From Candidatus Dojkabacteria bacterium (GTDB lineage Bacteria > Patescibacteriota > Dojkabacteria > J137): 64,000 nucleotides of DNA. Made by a program: the position numbers and the translations under genes. Position 1 is the first letter of the stretch. Every line of letters starts with the position of its first letter. The DNA lies in NCBI GenBank assembly GCA_030950485.1, contig JAUZRK010000015.1, positions 2,010 through 66,009 of the forward strand. Reading direction: 5' to 3'. This document shows, one piece after another, positions 10,851-19,437 of the stretch. The notes below the pieces were generated by a model. That model was not told the DNA's origin, did not search any database, and saw nothing but the letters and a program-made list of their open reading frames with translations.

Positions 10851-10958
10851 ATGAATTATAAAAATTTAAATAAAAACATATCACTCAGCCTCAGCACTAT
10901 TATTATTGCTGTCATTTCTATTTTTAGAAATGATTTAGGAGGAAATTATGTAAGTTAA
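10851..10958 (+). CDS. Ile-rich attenuator leader peptide 1 (35 aa; MNYKNLNKNISLSLSTIIIAVISIFRNDLGGNYVS)
   Basis: Short ORF between promoter and terminator; ATT ATT ATT GCT GTC ATT TCT ATT run; GGAGG at 10938-10942 is complementary to the terminator 5' arm. Confidence 0.75.
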   Translation: MNYKNLNKNISLSLSTIIIAVISIFRNDLGGNYVS

Positions 10959-10987
10959 ATTTAAATAAATAATATATTAAATTTTAT

Positions 10988-11013
10988 AAACCTCCAGAAA
11001 TGGAGGTTTTTTT
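10988..11013 (+). terminator. Attenuator terminator 1
   Basis: aaacctcca-gaaa-tggaggttttttt, 5 nt upstream of the methyltransferase ATG. Confidence 0.85.
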
Positions 11014-11018
11014 GTCTT

Positions 11019-11819
11019 ATGTCACAAAATATAGATAACAGCTCACAATCAGGGAATATACAAGAGACGATAAAAGACTTGTATGTTTCTAGGTATGAAG
11101 CAGGTGCTACAGAAGAAAGTCCGGAGGAAAGTAGAACAGAAATGGCTGCAAATGTTATTACTAAAATCATCGCACATTTTGATCAGCAAGATGCAGAGGA
11201 TATGTATATAGCAGACTTAGCTGCTGGACCAGCTTCAGTTGAAAGAGAGATATTTAAAGTCATCCAGAAGGGAGAAATTAGATATGCTAGTGAGGCAGAT
11301 TTTAATAAGCTATATGCAGCTATTGGAAGAGTACATTTTTATACATATGATATCGCTGGAGATCCAAAGGATCCGCAATTTATGGACATGGCTCAAATAT
11401 TAGATATAAACCATACTGTAGGTGATTTGACTACTTGTGAATTACCAGCACAACAATTTGATTTAGTAATATCTAACCTTGGTGTAGATTTAATACCTGA
11501 AAGAGATTTAGCTTTAAGAAACGCTTTACAAAGCGCAAAGCCAGATGCAGAATTTATCTTTCACTTTCATCATAGACAAATTGCTAAAAATATAATTGAA
11601 CAAGGTGGTATGACTAATGATTGTATGGACGCAATGAACTATATTAACGAGAGCAATCATTACTTTTCTGATATTGAGAGCATTAGGGTATATTTACAAA
11701 ACTTAGGTTTTGATGTTCACTTTCTTTTTGTAGGAGTTGAAACCGTAGAAGACCCTAGGGTACATAACGGACCTTTAGATAGGTGGTGGATAATTAAAGC
11801 TAAAAAGAGTCTGAGGTAA
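11019..11819 (+). CDS. Class I SAM-dependent methyltransferase
   Basis: Motif I-like IADLAAGPA, GDL...LPAQQFDLVISNLG, AKPDAEFIF. Confidence 0.75.
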   Translation: MSQNIDNSSQSGNIQETIKDLYVSRYEAGATEESPEESRTEMAANVITKIIAHFDQQDAEDMYIADLAAGPASVEREIFKVIQKGEIRYASEADFNKLYAAIGRVHFYTYDIAGDPKDPQFMDMAQILDINHTVGDLTTCELPAQQFDLVISNLGVDLIPERDLALRNALQSAKPDAEFIFHFHHRQIAKNIIEQGGMTNDCMDAMNYINESNHYFSDIESIRVYLQNLGFDVHFLFVGVETVEDPRVHNGPLDRWWIIKAKKSLR

Positions 11820-11850
11820 TAGATGTATATACTGAAGCATAATTTTTTTA

Positions 11851-11878
11851 TTGAATAATATTTAATATTTTGTATAAT
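11851..11878 (+). promoter_or_regulatory. sigma70 promoter of leader peptide 2
   Basis: TTGAAT-16 nt-TATAAT, about 32 nt upstream of the leader ATG. Confidence 0.65.
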
Positions 11879-11910
11879 TGTGACATTGTTTTAAAATAAC
11901 AATTAAAAAA

Positions 11911-12003
11911 ATGAATATAGCTTTAGTAACAATTTCTCTCATTATTATTAGCACAATTATTATTATTGTGAACACTAATCTGTGGGAGGAGTCAGCTAGA
12001 TAA
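11911..12003 (+). CDS. Ile-rich attenuator leader peptide 2 (30 aa; MNIALVTISLIIISTIIIIVNTNLWEESAR)
   Basis: 9 Ile codons including ATT x3 and ATT x4 runs; TGGGAGG at 11983-11989 is complementary to terminator arm CCTCCCA. Confidence 0.8.
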   Translation: MNIALVTISLIIISTIIIIVNTNLWEESAR

Positions 12004-12024
12004 GCTATAAATTAAATATAATTT

Positions 12025-12051
12025 AAACCTCCCAGAAATGGGAGGTTTTTT
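12025..12051 (+). terminator. Attenuator terminator 2
   Basis: aaacctccca-gaaa-tgggaggtttttt, near-identical to terminator 1, upstream of the M20 peptidase. Confidence 0.85.
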
Positions 12052-12077
12052 ATTACTTAAATTTTAAAATATAACAA

Positions 12078-13178
12078 ATGAAAGAACTGCTTTTTGATTT
12101 ACTAAAATTCGAATCTACTGAAGAAAAACCTTCTAAACTCTATGGAATAGTTGACCATCTGGATATGTATTTCAACGAGATTAATGTAACAACAAGGATG
12201 TATGAAAAAAATAAGAAGCCATCCTTTGTTGTAACAACAAAATTTACTAAATCACCAAAAATTTTTCTAAGTGGTCATTTAGATGTAGTTCCAGCTGATT
12301 ATGATAAAGCTTTTGAACCATATGAAAAAGATGGGAAGATCTATGCAAGAGGTACTAGTGATATGAAAGGTGTAGATGCTGCTATGATTACCGCAGTAAA
12401 GGAACTTGTTGAGGAGGGAGCAGATGTAGACGTAGGATTAATGTTGACAACTGATGAGGAAGTAGGAGGATTTGATGGTACTAACTATTTATTAGAAGAA
12501 CAAGGATATTCTTCTGAGGTCGTATTTTTACCGGATGGAGGTGAAGCTAATTGGAATGTTTGTCTTGGCGAAAAAGGAATATTTTTTGTTGAGTTAGAAT
12601 CTGAGAGTAGCGGAGGGCATGGATCTAGGCCGTGGGAAGTAGAAAATCCACTTAATAATTGCTGGAAAGTTTATAAAGAAATTCGAGATATATTCAGAGA
12701 AAAGTGGGGCAGAATCTCAAAAGAAGACAATTGGAAACCAACAATAAATTTAAGCTCTTTGCATGGTGGGGATTCATTTAACAAAGTACCTAATAAAGCA
12801 GTTATGAAACTAGATATAAGATTCCCTGCTAATACGCTAACCGATAGTCTTATGGATGAACTTTTAAAGAACGCATGTAATAAATATAACATTACATATA
12901 AATACGTACTTACCGCTAGTCCTGCTAGTATAGATAAGGATAACCAATATATCAAAAGGTGGGTTGAAGTGTCTAGATCTGCTATAGGTTCTGAACCACA
13001 ATTTTATAATACTCATGGAGGCTCAGATGGTAGATTTTTTGGGGCTAAAGGCATACCTATGTTATGTGTTAAGCCAAATGCTTCTTCAATGCATGTAGTT
13101 AATGAATGGATTGATTACGAAGACCTTATAAGGTTTAAGGATGTTTTAAAACAATGGATTTTAGATTCACATAAATAA
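12078..13178 (+). CDS. M20 family metallopeptidase/deacylase (ArgE/DapE-like)
   Basis: SGHLDVVP, ARGTSDMKG, TTDEEVGG, GHGSRPW, GGSDGRFF, C-terminal H..NEW. Confidence 0.9.
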   Translation: MKELLFDLLKFESTEEKPSKLYGIVDHLDMYFNEINVTTRMYEKNKKPSFVVTTKFTKSPKIFLSGHLDVVPADYDKAFEPYEKDGKIYARGTSDMKGVDAAMITAVKELVEEGADVDVGLMLTTDEEVGGFDGTNYLLEEQGYSSEVVFLPDGGEANWNVCLGEKGIFFVELESESSGGHGSRPWEVENPLNNCWKVYKEIRDIFREKWGRISKEDNWKPTINLSSLHGGDSFNKVPNKAVMKLDIRFPANTLTDSLMDELLKNACNKYNITYKYVLTASPASIDKDNQYIKRWVEVSRSAIGSEPQFYNTHGGSDGRFFGAKGIPMLCVKPNASSMHVVNEWIDYEDLIRFKDVLKQWILDSHK

Positions 13179-13195
13179 AACTTTAATTAAAAACT

Positions 13196-15565
13196 ATGGC
13201 AAATAATGCTGTAACTGAAGATACAGTTGATACAAAGAATAATAAGAAAGACTCTGAGGTAATTTCTTTAGATGATATATGTACAAATGAGGTTATTGAT
13301 AGGTTCGAAGGAATTAAAGACATAGTTGAAGTAACTGATAGGATTGGAGATGAACTTGATCTAACTCAAGACCAAAGACTTGGAAATGTATATTTAGTAA
13401 CCGATACCGAAGAAAGAAGATATGTGATGGTTGCTCCAGCTGCTAAGTGGCGAAGATTGGTTATGAAGGAAGAGGAAACTGGTAGAGTCACGTCTGTAAA
13501 CTCAAGAAATGTTGATGACCCTCATATAATGGTGAGCGAACTTCAAATATTAGCGTTATCCCCACTTTCAAGTCCAGAGTTTAGAAGAATAATATATGAT
13601 CTTGAGAGTATAAATGAAGACTTTAATTGTTGGGAGGCTAAAATATTAGAAAATGAAAAAAGAAGAAATTCAATGACTTCTGCTGATCAACTAAATAAGG
13701 CTGAAGAAGGATATTTAGGAATAGGTATAGAAGTTGAAATATCTATTGAGTATGCAATGAGGGAAATGCAAAGGAAATTAGACGGGTTGAGAGAGGACGT
13801 TATGTTGGTTGACCCAAGTCAAATGTCTACAGGTGATCCACTCTACAGAGAAAAACTTGAACTATTTTTAAATACAATTCAAGATGGTGTTCAAGAATTA
13901 TCAAAAGCTCAAAGAGAACTCTCTTCTCCAGGACCTGTAGCATCTATTTCTCAATTAACTGATGCTTATATGCAAATAATGTTGAAGATTAGAAATGAGG
14001 CTCATACTGGGGACTTAATAAATGTTTCATCAGTTCATCAATCTGGTATGGACCTAGATAATCCTATTAATACTACTTTAAACGCATCAGACTCTAGCTT
14101 TGGTAGTTATGTAGAAAATGTTGCAGGAAATCTGTTTAAATATTTTATAGATCCTTTTTTAGAAGATATGCCTGATCAAGTTAGGGACGCCTGGGAACAA
14201 ATAATAGGTGAAGAAAATGAGTTAGGAAAGTATGTTGAACAATATACAGATATGAGGTTTTGGATAATGAATTCATTCCATACGTCTCATTCAATGACAA
14301 CTTCAAAAGAAGAAGGCTATGTGTCAGATAGTGCTGCTAGAAATATAGCAAGAATTACAGCCTTATTTGCGCCAATGCTAGATGCGCTTAATTATTCTTC
14401 AAACTCAATGTTTGGGAAAACAGTAAGGATTGAGGGTGAAGCAGTTCATGATGTAAGGGCGTTGGCTAGAAACATAATACCTTCTTCTATGTATGGACCT
14501 GTATTGGCAGCTGATACCTCATTATTGACTCAAATGGTAAAGCATGTACTTACTGGTGTAACAAATGTAGCTGACAGGGGATTTGTTGAAACTGTAACTA
14601 GAGGTGGAGAAACTTTACCACAACAGCATGGGTTTCTAAGAGGAAGATTTACAATAGGAATAGATAAGGCATTTGGAGAAAATTATAATAAGAGTACTCC
14701 ATCTAATAGAATAGGGAATATTGCTAGAGTAGAAAGAACAGGTGGGTCAGCAACTCCATATGAAATTCCATATAGGGATGGTACTGCTATTTTTGACTTA
14801 CTAAAACAGGCTGGTCTTAAAGCAGACGAGGAGGGGAATGATGTAATCGCTTGGGTCATAGATAGGGTTAGCGATTTTGAAGAAAAGTTTGGAAATTTAA
14901 ATTTAGATCCAAATACAGATGAGTTCTTTGAAGAAATGGTGAAAACTTTAAGAGGTGAATTTAATATCGGTAAGCTCGAGTTATTAGAAGAAATTATAGA
15001 TGTAGTAGAATTAGAGATGATAGAAAGGGTAAGTAGACAAGGATTAAGTAATGATCAAAAGAATAGGCTAGTAGAGATCGCAGCAAGCTATGGGCTTGAC
15101 TTACCATTTGAGTTTACTGAAGAGTTCATAGGAAGGAGGTATGAGAATAATCAGTATAAGCAGATATTTCTTATTGCTGGTAGGGAATGGTTAGATCCAA
15201 GCTTAAGAGGAACAATTACAGCTAGTCGAGAAGGTATTCAGATTTATTACAACACTATAGATTTGATGTTAGAATATCAACAGTTACTGCAGAAAGAGCC
15301 TGAAAACAGACCTAATGGAATACTTAAGTTTAGACGAATGCTAGAGAGACCTGTAAGCTGGGGCGCATTTATTTATACTTTAGATGAAGCAGATATACGT
15401 CAGATTTTGTTTTATCTTGAAGTTGATGTTAGTATGACTGATAGTATAGAGACCTTAAAACAGAAACTGACTTACTCTTTCTGGTTCAACAGAGTAGGAC
15501 ATTATGAAGCTGATGTAGAGGAAGTAGAAATTCAGAAAACTCAAGTTGTCTCTATAGAAGGATAA
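13196..15565 (+). CDS. Divergent glutamate-cysteine ligase (GCS2/YbdK-like) fold carboxylate-amine ligase with extensions
   Basis: Ordered motifs GIGIEVE...VDP, ELSKAQRELSSP, SFHTSHS, PMLDALNYSSNSMFG...DVR, HGFLRGR, RVERT, matching GCS2 motif order. Confidence 0.55.
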   Translation: MANNAVTEDTVDTKNNKKDSEVISLDDICTNEVIDRFEGIKDIVEVTDRIGDELDLTQDQRLGNVYLVTDTEERRYVMVAPAAKWRRLVMKEEETGRVTSVNSRNVDDPHIMVSELQILALSPLSSPEFRRIIYDLESINEDFNCWEAKILENEKRRNSMTSADQLNKAEEGYLGIGIEVEISIEYAMREMQRKLDGLREDVMLVDPSQMSTGDPLYREKLELFLNTIQDGVQELSKAQRELSSPGPVASISQLTDAYMQIMLKIRNEAHTGDLINVSSVHQSGMDLDNPINTTLNASDSSFGSYVENVAGNLFKYFIDPFLEDMPDQVRDAWEQIIGEENELGKYVEQYTDMRFWIMNSFHTSHSMTTSKEEGYVSDSAARNIARITALFAPMLDALNYSSNSMFGKTVRIEGEAVHDVRALARNIIPSSMYGPVLAADTSLLTQMVKHVLTGVTNVADRGFVETVTRGGETLPQQHGFLRGRFTIGIDKAFGENYNKSTPSNRIGNIARVERTGGSATPYEIPYRDGTAIFDLLKQAGLKADEEGNDVIAWVIDRVSDFEEKFGNLNLDPNTDEFFEEMVKTLRGEFNIGKLELLEEIIDVVELEMIERVSRQGLSNDQKNRLVEIAASYGLDLPFEFTEEFIGRRYENNQYKQIFLIAGREWLDPSLRGTITASREGIQIYYNTIDLMLEYQQLLQKEPENRPNGILKFRRMLERPVSWGAFIYTLDEADIRQILFYLEVDVSMTDSIETLKQKLTYSFWFNRVGHYEADVEEVEIQKTQVVSIEG

Positions 15566-15569
15566 ACTC

Positions 15570-16471
15570 TTCAATAAATTTTAATAGTAACTTAGATACT
15601 TTGTTTAAGTTACTTTTTTGTAACATTAGATCCTTCCTAACTTCAATCACAGTTGACTTGCTTTTAGCCTTAAAAGCCACCTTTATCCACGCTATTACAA
15701 AATGTACCTAACGATGAGCCAAGCATCTTATAGGCAGTGTCTATATTTAACATATTCGTATCATTATAAATTGAATCAGAAATGTTATTAAAAATAGTTT
15801 GTAACTTCCCCATATCATAAATATTCAAAAGTTCGCCTTTTAACTTCTTTTGATTTTTATGATATATCCCTGGATAAGTGTCATATTCATTCATAATCAT
15901 AAAAGGTGTTCTCTCAGTAGATGTATCTAAACCTTTATAAGCAGAATAGGGTGCTTTTACATCGTAAGTATGGAAGTGTACAATTCTGTTTACATCTCCA
16001 TTTTCTAAGAATTCTTTTAAATCATTTATCCATGGGTCTAATAATAACTCTCCCAGTTGATTCATTTCACCTTGGCTCATATCTCTATAAAGCTCTATTA
16101 GAATCGACTAATGATCTATGTATGTTAAAAAAGCCAACTGCCCAATCTAAATTATTGTCCTCAATATGTTTAAGTAATATTCCTATAAAGGCACTTAATC
16201 CAATATCCCTAGTTTCAACTCTTGATAGAGCGTCAGTTAATTCTTCTTCAGTTTGCAGATTTAAATATAGTAATACTGGCTTAGGTATTCTGTATCCTGA
16301 ATGGGGAAAGATTAATAAAGTTTTTGGGTTTTTAATAAATTTTAATTTTAGGATTCTTCCAAACGATTCACTTAAATCTTCGAAGTTATCGGAAACTTTG
16401 AAATCATCTAAATAGCCAAGATATTCAGAGTTAGTTTTTAGTACTTTCTGTTCAATTTTTTGTAAGTTCAT
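15570..16471 (-). pseudogene. N-formylglutamate amidohydrolase (HutG-like) family gene, frameshifted near 16086 and 15672
   Basis: PHSG, RSLVDSNR, HFHT motifs across ORFs 16085-16471 and 15670-16080; IEVRKDL in a third frame; 3' end approximate. Confidence 0.65.
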
Positions 16472-16502
16472 AAGGGTATTATATGAAGAATAGGGGAAAG
16501 TT

Positions 16503-16541
16503 AAAAGTCAAAAGTCAAAACTCAAAACTCAAAACTCAAAA
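16503..16541 (+). repeat. Heptamer tandem repeat (aaaagtc x2, aaaactc x3)
   Basis: aaaagtcaaaagtcaaaactcaaaactcaaaactcaaaa. Confidence 0.8.
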
Positions 16542-16642
16542 CTATTCTTACTACAAGTTACGATAAACTAAAGCATAATTACAAATTATAGAATCATTTG
16601 TGCAATCAACTATTTATTTGTAACTATGCCTGGTTTATTTTT

Positions 16643-17020
16643 TTATCCATTCAATAAGCCGAATCCTGTCTCCCGATAAATCGGGATGGAAATCATCTAT
16701 CTATGCGTTGGTTAAATCAACTTGCTCTAGGTAGGGGTTACCAGCACTCTTTTGTTACCAGAAGAGCCGGTGGTCTCTTACACCACCATTTCACCATCAC
16801 CATATACCAAGGTACATGGCAGTATTTTTCTGTTGCCCTCTTAGATTCCTCGATGAGTTTATACCCTAAGATTGCTCCCAGCCTCTTTTTCTACTAAGCA
16901 TAAAGCAAGTAGACTTTAAGGTACCTATCCCGTTATCTATAAGACATACGGGACCGAAATAGAGTTCAGACTTTCCTCTCAATTTAAATTTTTAAACGAG
17001 CGATTTCCTAGAATGGATAA
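16643..17020 (-). ncRNA. rnpB: RNase P RNA
   Basis: P1 ttatccattc/gaatggataa, GAGGAAAGTCTGAAC, GGGCAACAGAAA, GGTGAAA...GGTGTAAGAGACCACC, GGTAACCCC...GAGCAAG, TAGATAGATGAT, ACAGGATTCGGCTTAT; TGATATAAT promoter directly upstream. Confidence 0.95.
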
Positions 17021-17373
17021 GGTTATTATATCATTTTTATTGTTTGGGGTTGGTAAGATTACTGATAGCTTTTAAATGTTTCGTAGCAAGATACAACTAT
17101 GATTCAGTTTTCTAGTGTAGTGTCGAGTGCCTGAAGCGGAGCGGAAGGTGTCTAAACGGAGTAAAAGTGAAAGGAGTCAGGAGTTGAATGAACTTTGTTA
17201 ATGTTAAGCTATTCTCAAAAGATTTTGGAACAGGTGACAATCCTGTTTCAGCTTGAGAAAAAATATAATTAAGGATCTGAGGAAATCAGTTAGATCTGTG
17301 TTCTATTGTGTTCAGTTCTACTCTAGTGTTAACCCTGAATCACGCTTCGTTGTTCAGGGATTCTTGAACCAAA

Positions 17374-18030
17374 TCAACTAAACCTAGATGGAATAAAGAA
17401 CTTGATGATTTTATCTAACATATCAAGAGGGTATTCAAAAACTGTATACTTTAAATCTTCCTTTAAAGCCTCAGCACGAGCTACTTCAACTTCATCTAGA
17501 TCTAGCATATCTCTAGCATTTTTATGAACTTCTCTTAATGCTAGCTCAAACATACTATATGCGATTAATGAAATCAGTATACTAAGTGTCTGAATAGCTA
17601 TCGCTATATAGATCAATATATTTTGAAACCCTGAGGGGATAAATGACACTCCAAAAAAAACTAGCTCTATAAAAAATAGAAAGTTCTGAAGAGTTGAAAG
17701 ATCTCTTAATTTATTATGTTTTTTCTTTGTAAGTTCAAGTTGAAATAGTAAATAATAATTAGTAAAAAGATCGAATAGATATATTTTATTTCTATTTATT
17801 ACAATGAACTCCTCCATAGCGTAGGCAGGTAGCTCAATTTCTTCATGAACTCTTAAATTCACCTTTCCATGAACTCTAGAGTAATTCTCTAAAATAGTTG
17901 CAGCTTCTATTTGGCTACTTAAAGGGAATGAATAAGTTTTAATAAGTCCCTTTCGAACTATTAGTGCGAATAATCCACTGACTAGTTGGATTAGTATTAA
18001 AATCGCGAATATTGCTATAAATATTATCAT
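17374..18030 (-). CDS. Membrane protein (topology resembles putative neutral zinc-peptidase membrane proteins, but no HExxH)
   Basis: N-terminal TM plus two central TM helices; leaderless-type TAAAAT 6 nt upstream. Confidence 0.65.
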   Translation of the reverse strand: MIIFIAIFAILILIQLVSGLFALIVRKGLIKTYSFPLSSQIEAATILENYSRVHGKVNLRVHEEIELPAYAMEEFIVINRNKIYLFDLFTNYYLLFQLELTKKKHNKLRDLSTLQNFLFFIELVFFGVSFIPSGFQNILIYIAIAIQTLSILISLIAYSMFELALREVHKNARDMLDLDEVEVARAEALKEDLKYTVFEYPLDMLDKIIKFFIPSRFS

Positions 18031-18081
18031 GGTATCATTTTATAGGTTCGTAACTTAACTAACAAGAACTAAACTTCTAAA

Positions 18082-18796
18082 ATGAATAAATCTCTAATAA
18101 TTAAAGAACTTAAATCATATTCAGATAAAGAATCATCAAAGACATCTGAGATTTTTTTATAAAGCATTCAAAGGCGGATACGGCGAGGGTGATAAGTTTA
18201 TAGGAGGTTTAACTGTTCCACTACAAAGAAAAATAGCGGAGAAATATTACAAAGATCTTACTTTGGAAGATATTGCTGAAATGTTAAATTCAAAATTTCA
18301 TGAAATAAGATTTACTGCGACCGAGCTACTAAAATTTAAATATAATTCTAGTAAAGAGATTACTGAAAAGGAGAAGTTAGTAAAATTTTATTTAAAGAAT
18401 TTAGATGGGATAAATAATTGGGATATAGTTGATAATTCTTGCTATAAGATTCTTGGTGATTATTTAGAAAAGAAAAATGATATAAGTATTTTATTAAAGC
18501 TTTCGGAAAGTAAGATTATGTGGGAGCAGAGGATTGCTATGGTTTCGACAATGGCGTTTATAAGAAATAACAAATTAGAGCCGACTTATCAGTTAGCTGA
18601 AATTTTAGTTAATCATAAACATGATTTAATGCATAAAGCAGTGGGATGGTTAATAAGAGAGGCTGGTAAGAGAGATATATCTAGGCTAAGAAATTTTTTA
18701 GATAAACATTATAAAACTATGCCAAGAACTGCTTTAAGATACGCGATTGAGAAGATGGGCAAAGAAGAAAGAGATAAATATCTTGGACGAAGCTAG
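18082..18796 (+). pseudogene. DNA alkylation repair (AlkD-like HEAT-repeat) protein, frameshift in T-run at about 18152-18158
   Basis: MNKSLIIKELK...; second frame YKAFKGGYGEGDKFIG.LTVP, INNWDIVD, HDLMHKAVGWLIREAGKR, MPRTALRYAIEK. Confidence 0.85.
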
Positions 18797-18834
18797 TACT
18801 TACTTAATATAACGGTTCTTGATAAAATGTCGTT

Positions 18835-19362
18835 ATGAATAAAAAGAAATTTATCTATATAGTCCTTAGTTCGATCTTTATCTTTATGTTTGTAGTTATA
18901 CTATTTAGAGATGAGGCTTCGGCTCCGGTTATTGATGAAGTTGATATTCCTGAAGAAATAACTGATGAAACGCCTAGGTCTGCTTTTGATTTAATAAATA
19001 AATGGTATAAGGATAATTACGGAACCGTTTCTATACCGACTTTTATAGAATTAGAAGGTAGCATTTATAGCATTGATCTAGAAAAGGATAGCGATGTTTA
19101 TAATCTTGTTTTAAAGGATGATAAAAAAACTTTATACGAACTTAACTTTGAATCATTAGCAGAATTATATATTAATGATGCTTATCTTATCGAGGATGAG
19201 TTTATATTTTTTAATATTACTTTAGAAAAAGATTTTGAGTGTAGTGATACTGATGATAAAGAGATTTGTGTAAATTTGGCAAATAGAATATTGGGCATTT
19301 GGTATTATGATTTTACTACTGGAGAGGTTAGTAGCGTTGCGAGATTGGCGATTGTAGAGTAG
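18835..19362 (+). CDS. Membrane-anchored hypothetical protein
   Basis: N-terminal Lys-rich plus hydrophobic helix; extended -10 TGATAAAAT 6 nt upstream. Confidence 0.7.
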   Translation: MNKKKFIYIVLSSIFIFMFVVILFRDEASAPVIDEVDIPEEITDETPRSAFDLINKWYKDNYGTVSIPTFIELEGSIYSIDLEKDSDVYNLVLKDDKKTLYELNFESLAELYINDAYLIEDEFIFFNITLEKDFECSDTDDKEICVNLANRILGIWYYDFTTGEVSSVARLAIVE

Positions 19363-19384
19363 GGATAGAGATTATTTAGATGAT

Positions 19385-19417
19385 AAAAGCATGAGTTTTT
19401 AGGACTCATGCTTTTTT
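19385..19417. terminator. Bidirectional intrinsic terminator
   Basis: aaaagcatgagtt...gactcatgctttttt between convergent genes. Confidence 0.8.
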
Positions 19418-19437
19418 ATTACTGTTTCACTAGCTGC

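Noticed and set aside
10938-10953. GGAGG-aaatt-ATG-TAA as a Shine-Dalgarno-led minigene
   Set aside because: Not repeated in leader 2, SD use is rare in this window, and GGAGG is better explained as the antiterminator arm
10961-11170. 69-aa minus-strand ORF over attenuator 1
   Set aside because: Antisense to the methyltransferase start and terminator; no independent support
10851-12003. Leader peptides as type I toxins or small membrane proteins with their own terminators
   Set aside because: Not fully excluded, but the codon-level Ile runs, the terminator-complementary GGAGG at fixed spacing, and the lack of room for a separate promoter before the downstream ATG (5 nt for the methyltransferase) fit attenuation better
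16503-16541. CRISPR array
   Set aside because: Only a 7-nt tandem repeat without spacers; no cas genes or 25-40 nt spaced repeats seen in the window
16703-16897. 64-aa ORF from the ORF track
   Set aside because: Lies antisense within the RNase P RNA gene
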